Assembly (NCBI GenBank): GCA_018830295.1 | Contig: JAHJSM010000001.1 | Location: 1,980 to 65,979, forward strand | Source: Patescibacteria group bacterium | GTDB taxonomy: Bacteria > Patescibacteriota > Minisyncoccia > Portnoybacterales > UBA2143 | DNA length: 64,000 nt | Reading direction: 5' to 3' | In this document: positions 58,188 to 64,000 of the stretch, in pieces | Numbering within the stretch: the stretch's first letter is position 1 | Layout: each line of letters opens with the position of its first letter | Position numbers and translations under genes: made by a program | Notes under the pieces: model-generated | The model's input: only the letters and a program-made list of their open reading frames with translations | Told to the model about the DNA's origin: nothing | Database searches by the model: none

Positions 58188-60323
58188 CTAACTCCAACAA
58201 TCAGGACTTAATTGACCGCTTCTTTTTACATACGGGCACATTTGATTGAATTTATCATATACCCATTTAATTTGTTTAAGAAACTGCCATAATAAGATAA
58301 ATGGCCCAAAAAACATTTTGATGGCTTTAATAACCATTTCTCTTCTTTCATACTTTATTCTTGATTTTTCATCTATTTGATGAATCGCTTCATCAAACTC
58401 CATCCCGCCTACAACCATCTGAAATGCTTTGAACAACTTGTCTGAAAAAGAACGCGTTTGAAGTTTTCCAAACTTTCCTAAGAATTTTTCAAGAATATCT
58501 ACGATTTCCTCTGACATAACAGGCAGTAATATTCTACATGCTTGCGCTTTGTTTTCTTCGTAGGCAAAAATAGAATATATTATCAGATAAGCCCGGCGAA
58601 GCAACTTAGCTTGTTGTATTTCATCTATGTTTTTATAATAACGATTTTTGTTAAGAAGCCGTTTAAGTTTGAATCGACTAATCGGCAAAAATACCATTGT
58701 CTTGTCGTCAGAGAACCATTGACTATATCGTAGCGCTTCTGGGTCATAATTAAGCGTTAGATATACCATCCAGCCAGAAAAACATAAGCACATTATCCAC
58801 GCAGAAGTAACAAGCAATACTTGAAAAATTGACATTACTTCAACAGCAAGAATTATATTATAAATCATCAATATCAGACCACCTACAATTATCGCGCCGC
58901 TAATACCCGTGGCAAAACTAATAAGCCAATTTAACGCTTTTTCGTTCGTAATTAAAGAACATATCGCGAAAAGTAATATAGATAAAGCCATTAGCCCAAA
59001 GATAAACAATCCCGGAATTCCAAGCATAAGCAACGCTTTCCAAAATATCGCCCAAAATACGGCAATCGCCTCGCTAAACAGATGTCCATAACGCAGAAAA
59101 AGTTCCGCTACAATACGCGCGCCGAACATAAGATAGATGAATTGAAAAACAAAATGATGTTCATTAAAGTTCGGAAGCCTGTGTCTGTCGTTATAAACCG
59201 CCCAATTCCCAAAATATAAACAAAAAACCGCGATAATGGCTATAGCGCCGAGAACGCCAAATCCTGGAAATAGGAAGTCAAAAAGCATTTTAGATACCGC
59301 AGCAAAAGCAAGCAATGCGAAAACAACAACAGATACAATCAAAACTACATCGGCATATTTTTTTGTTGAATCCTCAAGCCGGTCAGAGTAAGCCCTTAAA
59401 ACTTCTCTTTTATTTGGTGGTAAAATCCAACGGATAAGCGACCATAATAAAGCGCTAACAATCCAAAGCGGCGTTATTAACCCCAAAACAAAAAGCGGTC
59501 CCGCCCATTGCAAATCCGACCATGAAGCAACTGAATCGTAGAATAACCCGCCGCAAACAGCAGCCGCAGGAGAAAGAACCCAGAATACCAAATGCGCGAT
59601 TATTGTCCACCAAAACCCGGGACAGATATGACTTTTAAGTTGGACTGTTTGATCTCTCATCCATCCATAACTGCTTCTGGCTGTCCTATACAACCACCAA
59701 TATTTCCCAAATTCCTGATTAACGATAAAATCATTCGCATGATTTTTAATAGACAAGAAGTCGCGCCATGTTTTTACCTGGGCTCTAATATCATCATTCA
59801 ATCCGTTGCGATAAGCGCTAAACCCCATATCAAGACCCATTAAATTGTATGACCAAGACCCCCTTCCTTTGTCATGAACGGAATAATCAACTTCTTCCGC
59901 TAAAAGAGATTCAACCTTAAAGCGTTTTTGCCATCGCTCAAAACGAGTCAAAACGCGCGGTTGTTTTTGGTTTACAATTAGGTCTAAATAATTTTGTCTA
60001 ATGGCGTCTATCTCCTCCTTTGATATTCGCCGCAGAAACGATGAATACGACTCAAAATTAATATTATACCTCCACAATACCCGACGCCAAATTGAGACAG
60101 GCAACGATTCAATCATTGAGATAATGAATATGTATTGATTGCTATGTCCTATAAACATATTCAAAAATTTCCCTCGTGTTTCCCTGTCCTGAATCCGAAC
60201 TTCTGTTTGCGTAAATTCCCAGAATTTTAACGCTTGATGAATACTGTCATCAGGTCGTCGCGGCGTATTATCTACGCCAATACAATCAACAACTCTTTGA
60301 TATAGATCATTAATCTTGTTCAT
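58188..60323 (-). CDS. Large multi-pass membrane ORFan (711 aa)
   Basis: About 10 hydrophobic segments between soluble ends; SD AAGGAGG, promoter TTGACA-17-TATATT (60426-60398), terminator hairpin 58133-58165. Confidence 0.75.
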   Translation of the reverse strand: MNKINDLYQRVVDCIGVDNTPRRPDDSIHQALKFWEFTQTEVRIQDRETRGKFLNMFIGHSNQYIFIISMIESLPVSIWRRVLWRYNINFESYSSFLRRISKEEIDAIRQNYLDLIVNQKQPRVLTRFERWQKRFKVESLLAEEVDYSVHDKGRGSWSYNLMGLDMGFSAYRNGLNDDIRAQVKTWRDFLSIKNHANDFIVNQEFGKYWWLYRTARSSYGWMRDQTVQLKSHICPGFWWTIIAHLVFWVLSPAAAVCGGLFYDSVASWSDLQWAGPLFVLGLITPLWIVSALLWSLIRWILPPNKREVLRAYSDRLEDSTKKYADVVLIVSVVVFALLAFAAVSKMLFDFLFPGFGVLGAIAIIAVFCLYFGNWAVYNDRHRLPNFNEHHFVFQFIYLMFGARIVAELFLRYGHLFSEAIAVFWAIFWKALLMLGIPGLFIFGLMALSILLFAICSLITNEKALNWLISFATGISGAIIVGGLILMIYNIILAVEVMSIFQVLLVTSAWIMCLCFSGWMVYLTLNYDPEALRYSQWFSDDKTMVFLPISRFKLKRLLNKNRYYKNIDEIQQAKLLRRAYLIIYSIFAYEENKAQACRILLPVMSEEIVDILEKFLGKFGKLQTRSFSDKLFKAFQMVVGGMEFDEAIHQIDEKSRIKYERREMVIKAIKMFFGPFILLWQFLKQIKWVYDKFNQMCPYVKRSGQLSPDCWS

Positions 60324-60451
60324 TAGCCCCCTCCTTTTCTGATTTAATGAATTATAAGATGCTTATATTATTTATTTATTTTTAAAGATCCAACCAAAAT
60401 ATAACAAATTATGTCGTTTTTGTCAAAATTTCCTTGGAATGATTGAGATGT

Positions 60452-60531
60452 GGGGACAGTCCCTCGCAACAGAGAGGGACTGTCCCCGGAACGCGTGAAT
60501 GGGGGCTGCCCCCGCAACGGGGGCAGCCCCC
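60452..60531. repeat. Composite B+A palindrome unit, copy 3
   Basis: Near-identical to copy 1. Confidence 0.92.
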
Positions 60532-60538
60532 AGATTAA

Positions 60539-60569
60539 AAAAACCCCGCGAAAGCGGGGTTTTATCTTT
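60539..60569 (-). terminator. Terminator of r-protein operon; exact duplicate at 58008-58038
   Basis: AAAAACCCCGCGAAAGCGGGGTTTTATCTTT at both positions. Confidence 0.85.
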
Positions 60570-60575
60570 TGTTTC

Positions 60576-61121
60576 TTATCTCTTCCTCCACTGCGGAGCT
60601 CGGCGGGCTTTTTTGAGTCCTGGCTTTTTTCTTTCTACACTGCGCGGGTCGCGAGTAAGATAACCTGCTCTTTTTAATTTCTTTGAAAAATCAGCGTTAA
60701 ATTTAACTAAAGCGCGCGCCAATCCATGACGAATCGCGTCCGCTTGTCCTCTCATGCCGCCGCCTTTTACCTTAGCCGTCACCTCGAACCTATTAAGCGA
60801 CTTCATTTTTGAAAGCGCGTTGATAACCGTCTGACGCAACTCAAAAGTAGTAAAAAATTCATCGTACGGCTTTCCGTTAACCGTAATTCTTCCTTTTTCA
60901 TCTTCAAACGGCTGGCAAGTAAAAAGACGAACGCGAGCCGTCGCTTCTTTGCGCCGTCCTACCGCTTCGTAATATCGTTTAACCTCGTCTTTTTTGACTA
61001 ATTTTTTTTCCACTTTCACAACTGGTTTTTTCTTTACGACTGGCTTTTTCTTCGCGACTGTTTTTTTAGACGCGACTTTTTTAGTCAAAACTTTCTTTAT
61101 AACTTTCTTTTTTTCAGTCAT
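60576..61121 (-). CDS. rpsI: 30S ribosomal protein S9 (Lys-rich N-terminal extension)
   Basis: GRRKEA.ARV, GGG..GQA.AIR.G, LTRD.R..ERKK.G. Confidence 0.98.
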   Translation of the reverse strand: MTEKKKVIKKVLTKKVASKKTVAKKKPVVKKKPVVKVEKKLVKKDEVKRYYEAVGRRKEATARVRLFTCQPFEDEKGRITVNGKPYDEFFTTFELRQTVINALSKMKSLNRFEVTAKVKGGGMRGQADAIRHGLARALVKFNADFSKKLKRAGYLTRDPRSVERKKPGLKKARRAPQWRKR

Positions 61122-61486
61122 TATTTTGAAATTTCTCCTTTATACAATGTCAATTTTTTAATAAACTTATCACGCAGTTTATTTTTAGGAAGCATCCCGT
61201 AAACAGCCGTCTTAATCACTTTGCGAGAATCCCTCTTAAGTAGGTTTTCCAAAACCTCTTCCTTAATTCCGCCTGGATATCCCGTGTGTCGATAATATAT
61301 TTTTTGCTTTAACTTATTTCCCGTCACTCGGATTTGATCAGTGTTTATAACAACCACATTATCGCCCATATCTAAATAAGGGACAAAATCCGCCTTGCCC
61401 TTGCCGCGCAATAAATTAGCCACCTCAACGGCCATCCGCCCTAATATTTGATTTTTTGCGTCAATAATATGCTTTTTCATAATCAT
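61121..61486 (-). CDS. rplM: 50S ribosomal protein L13 (short form)
   Basis: IDA....LGR.A, LRGK, D.GD.VVVIN, HTGYPGG, GMLPKN. Confidence 0.98.
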   Translation of the reverse strand: MIMKKHIIDAKNQILGRMAVEVANLLRGKGKADFVPYLDMGDNVVVINTDQIRVTGNKLKQKIYYRHTGYPGGIKEEVLENLLKRDSRKVIKTAVYGMLPKNKLRDKFIKKLTLYKGEISK

Positions 61487-61836
61487 TAAGCGACCAATTC
61501 AATTATCGCCATTTTAGCTCCATCCGTTTTACGCGGGTTTAATTTAATAATCCTCGTATATCCGCCCGCTCTTTCTTTAAAGCGAGGTCCAATTTCCGTA
61601 ACAATCTTCTTGCGCGCCTTTTCAGGAAGATATTTTGCCAAATACTTAATCGCCGATAAATCGCCCTTCTTCCCTTTGGTAATTAATTTTTCAACAAAAG
61701 GCCTTGTCTCTTTCGCTTTTGCTTCAGTCGTAGTAATTTTTTCCTTCAAAATTAAATTAGCCGCCAGAGTTTTCAGCAAAGCCGCGCGTTGTCCTTTTTC
61801 ACGCCCTAATTTTCTTATTTTATTTCCGTGCTTCAT
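61486..61836 (-). CDS. rplQ: 50S ribosomal protein L17
   Basis: ITTT.AKAKE, R.GGYTRI.K. Confidence 0.98.
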   Translation of the reverse strand: MKHGNKIRKLGREKGQRAALLKTLAANLILKEKITTTEAKAKETRPFVEKLITKGKKGDLSAIKYLAKYLPEKARKKIVTEIGPRFKERAGGYTRIIKLNPRKTDGAKMAIIELVA

Positions 61837-62825
61837 TGTTTTAGAGTTAACCCTAACTTGCCCAACGCTCTTTTAATCTCAACAATACCTTTGCCGCCTA
61901 ATCCTTCAATCTCCCCTAAATCACTCTCGTTTTTTCTAATTAAACCCGCCGCTGTCTTTATTCCAGCCGCTTCAAGAACAGCAACAATTCGCGAGGACAA
62001 TTTCAAATCCTCCACTCGATGCTTCGCCATTCCTTCTTTTGTCTCAAGAGCTGGTTTAGCTTTTTGAACTGCTTTCTTTTCTTTTTTCTTTTTCTCCACA
62101 TTTTCTGCGGCAGTCTTCTTTTTCAATTTCTTTTTTTTGCTTTCCTTTTCCAAAAGAGTAAAAACCTTAAATTGATCAACCAAAATCTTGCCCGCGCTCA
62201 AAAACGCTTCTTCGGGAGTAATTGTCCCGTCCGTTTCTACATCAAAAACCAAGCGGTCATAATCTGTTCTCTCGCCCACTCGCATATTCTCTATGATATA
62301 ATTCACTTTAAGAATCGGGCTAAAAATAGCGTCAATCGCGATTTTGCCAACTTCCAACTTTTCTTTCTTGCGGCTTTCAGTGGAAGAATACCCCAAACCA
62401 AAACCAACTTCAATTTCTATTTCCAATTCCGCGTTTTTATCGCTTAAAGAAGCGATATGCGCGTCTTTATTAACAACTTCCAGTCCCGTCACCATTTTAA
62501 TATCACCCGCTTTTACTTCGCCCGCTCCTTTTGCTTTAAGCGAAACCGCGACCAGACCTTCTGTTTGCATTTTGAACCTGACTTGTTTCAGGTTAAGAAT
62601 AATTTGAACAACATCTTCCACAACGCCAGAAATGGCCGAAAACTCGTGAAGAATACCTTTAATTTTAATATTAACAATCGCCGCCCCGCCAAGCGAAGAC
62701 AAAAGAATTCTTCGAAAAGCGTTCCCTAAAGTAATCCCATATCCAGGATAGCATTCCTCTATTTCAAACGATGCCCTATTATTCCCTGTTTTGGTAATTT
62801 TTGGTTTTTTAGGTATTGTAATCAT
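61833..62825 (-). CDS. rpoA: RNA polymerase subunit alpha
   Basis: GYG.TLGNA.RRILLSS, HEFS.I.GV.EDV, IDA.FSP, ETDG.I.P. Confidence 0.98.
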   Translation of the reverse strand: MITIPKKPKITKTGNNRASFEIEECYPGYGITLGNAFRRILLSSLGGAAIVNIKIKGILHEFSAISGVVEDVVQIILNLKQVRFKMQTEGLVAVSLKAKGAGEVKAGDIKMVTGLEVVNKDAHIASLSDKNAELEIEIEVGFGLGYSSTESRKKEKLEVGKIAIDAIFSPILKVNYIIENMRVGERTDYDRLVFDVETDGTITPEEAFLSAGKILVDQFKVFTLLEKESKKKKLKKKTAAENVEKKKKEKKAVQKAKPALETKEGMAKHRVEDLKLSSRIVAVLEAAGIKTAAGLIRKNESDLGEIEGLGGKGIVEIKRALGKLGLTLKQ

Positions 62826-62855
62826 AAAATTTTTACTATTTTTTAAAATTAATTA

Positions 62856-63482
62856 TTACCGACTATAAAATTCTACAATCCTGCTTATTTCCGCGACTTT
62901 TTCCCAATTATCTAAGCCAGGCATGGTCTTTACTTCTCCAACAAATTTTTGTTTATCTGAAGAAATCCAAACGGGAATTTCGCATTTTTTTAAATTCGCT
63001 TTGATTGTTTCAAAAATAGCCAATTTTTTGGTTCTTTCTTTAATCTTAATAATATCTCCCTTTTTAACTTGATAAGAAGGAATATCAATCTTCCGCCCGT
63101 TGACTAAAATATGGCCATGATTAACTAATTGCCTAGACAGTCGTCTTGAATTCGCCCAGCCCAAACGAAAAACAATATTATCAAGGCGATTTTCCAATTT
63201 TTGGACCAAAAGTATTTCTTTGTCCCCTTCTTGCTGAACGATCTCTTTGAAATAATTTTTAAATTGCTTTTCAGAAACGCCGTAAGCATACCGCGCTTTT
63301 TGTTTCTCCGCTAATTGCAAACCATATTCTGAAGGTCTTCTTTTGAACGCTTTGCCGTGAACTCCGGGAGCGTAAGGCCGCCGCGTCATAGCGCATTTTT
63401 GGCCAAAGCACCGCTCACCCTTCAAAAAAAGCTTTTGATTGGCTCGCCTACATTTTTTACATTTAGCTTCAAGAATAATCAT
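62856..63482 (-). CDS. rpsD: 30S ribosomal protein S4
   Basis: CKKCRR, SEYG.QL.EKQK, LE.RLDN.V.R, IVEFYSR. Confidence 0.98.
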   Translation of the reverse strand: MIILEAKCKKCRRANQKLFLKGERCFGQKCAMTRRPYAPGVHGKAFKRRPSEYGLQLAEKQKARYAYGVSEKQFKNYFKEIVQQEGDKEILLVQKLENRLDNIVFRLGWANSRRLSRQLVNHGHILVNGRKIDIPSYQVKKGDIIKIKERTKKLAIFETIKANLKKCEIPVWISSDKQKFVGEVKTMPGLDNWEKVAEISRIVEFYSR

Positions 63483-63504
63483 AACTACAAAATAAATAAA
63501 TTTA

Positions 63505-63978
63505 TTACACTCTCCTTGGTTTGCGCGGACGACAGCCGTTATGAGGAACGGGAGTCAAATCTTTAATCGCGCTTATTTCCAATCCATGGTTGACTAAGGC
63601 GCGAATGGCCGCGTCGCGACTACTCCCCACGCCCTTAACAAAAACCTCTATCTCTCTAATGTTAAATTTTTTCACTTTTTCTATCAATGTTTCTATCACC
63701 CGCGAAGCTGCGAAAGGAGTCGCTTTTTTAGGACCCTTAAAGCCAACTGAGCCGGCGCTTGACCAAGCAATCACACTTCCTTGAGCATTAGCAAAAGTGA
63801 CAATCGTATTATTATAACTTGATTGGATATAAACATGAGCGCGTCCAACTAAGCCGACTTTGCTTTTTCCGCTTTTCGGCTGGACGCTTTGGGATGCTTT
63901 TTTCTCAACCGATTCTCTGTTCTCGGCCTCCTTCAAAAGATCCTCTTTAGTGCTTTTTATAACTTTCTTTTTACCCAT
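63505..63978 (-). CDS. rpsK: 30S ribosomal protein S11 (N-terminal extension)
   Basis: S.NNTI, WSSAG..GFKG.KK.TPFAA, D.TP.PHNGCRP.K.RRV. Confidence 0.98.
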   Translation of the reverse strand: MGKKKVIKSTKEDLLKEAENRESVEKKASQSVQPKSGKSKVGLVGRAHVYIQSSYNNTIVTFANAQGSVIAWSSAGSVGFKGPKKATPFAASRVIETLIEKVKKFNIREIEVFVKGVGSSRDAAIRALVNHGLEISAIKDLTPVPHNGCRPRKPRRV

Positions 63979-64000
63979 AAAAATTATTATTCTCTATTTA

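Noticed and set aside
57931-60677. ORFs 57931-58149, 58037-58249 and 60450-60677
   Set aside because: They are translations of the GC-rich palindromes (GTVP/GGCP/GQPP peptides).

Overview
AT-rich bacterial chromosome segment, almost entirely coded on the minus strand. Gene content and style (split transketolase, group 3b NiFe hydrogenase, two MreB paralogs, type IV pilin, short L13, largely SD-less starts) suggest a Patescibacteria/CPR (Parcubacteria-like) genome; this is inference, not a database result. From left to right: (1) the edge of a probable diversity-generating retroelement (Avd-like gene running off the window, an inserted GxxExxY cassette, a DUF1566/C-lectin-fold target gene whose 3' end looks like a variable region), preceded by a (CA)18-containing leader ORF and an intrinsic terminator that together look like a phase-variable attenuator; (2) a ferredoxin-fba-pfkB-tkt-rpe-rpiB-gap sugar-phosphate operon; (3) pilin, glutaredoxin, thioredoxin reductase, Bro-N; (4) a four-subunit group 3b hydrogenase with hypC, EamA and DUF6390-like genes; (5) a Panacea-type TA module, a cohesin/dockerin/giant surface protein cluster, AAA ATPase and AbiE TA; (6) housekeeping genes (rnhB, cysS, tgt, mutM, mreB x2, proS, rseP, frr, holB, murA) with glycoside hydrolases and glycosyltransferases; (7) a repeat-bounded ORFan island and the rpsK-rpsD-rpoA-rplQ-rplM-rpsI cluster. 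At least 13 loci carry GC-rich REP-like palindromes, two of them inside reading frames. No rRNA, tRNA or CRISPR array was seen. The DGR reverse transcriptase and template repeat are not inside the window.
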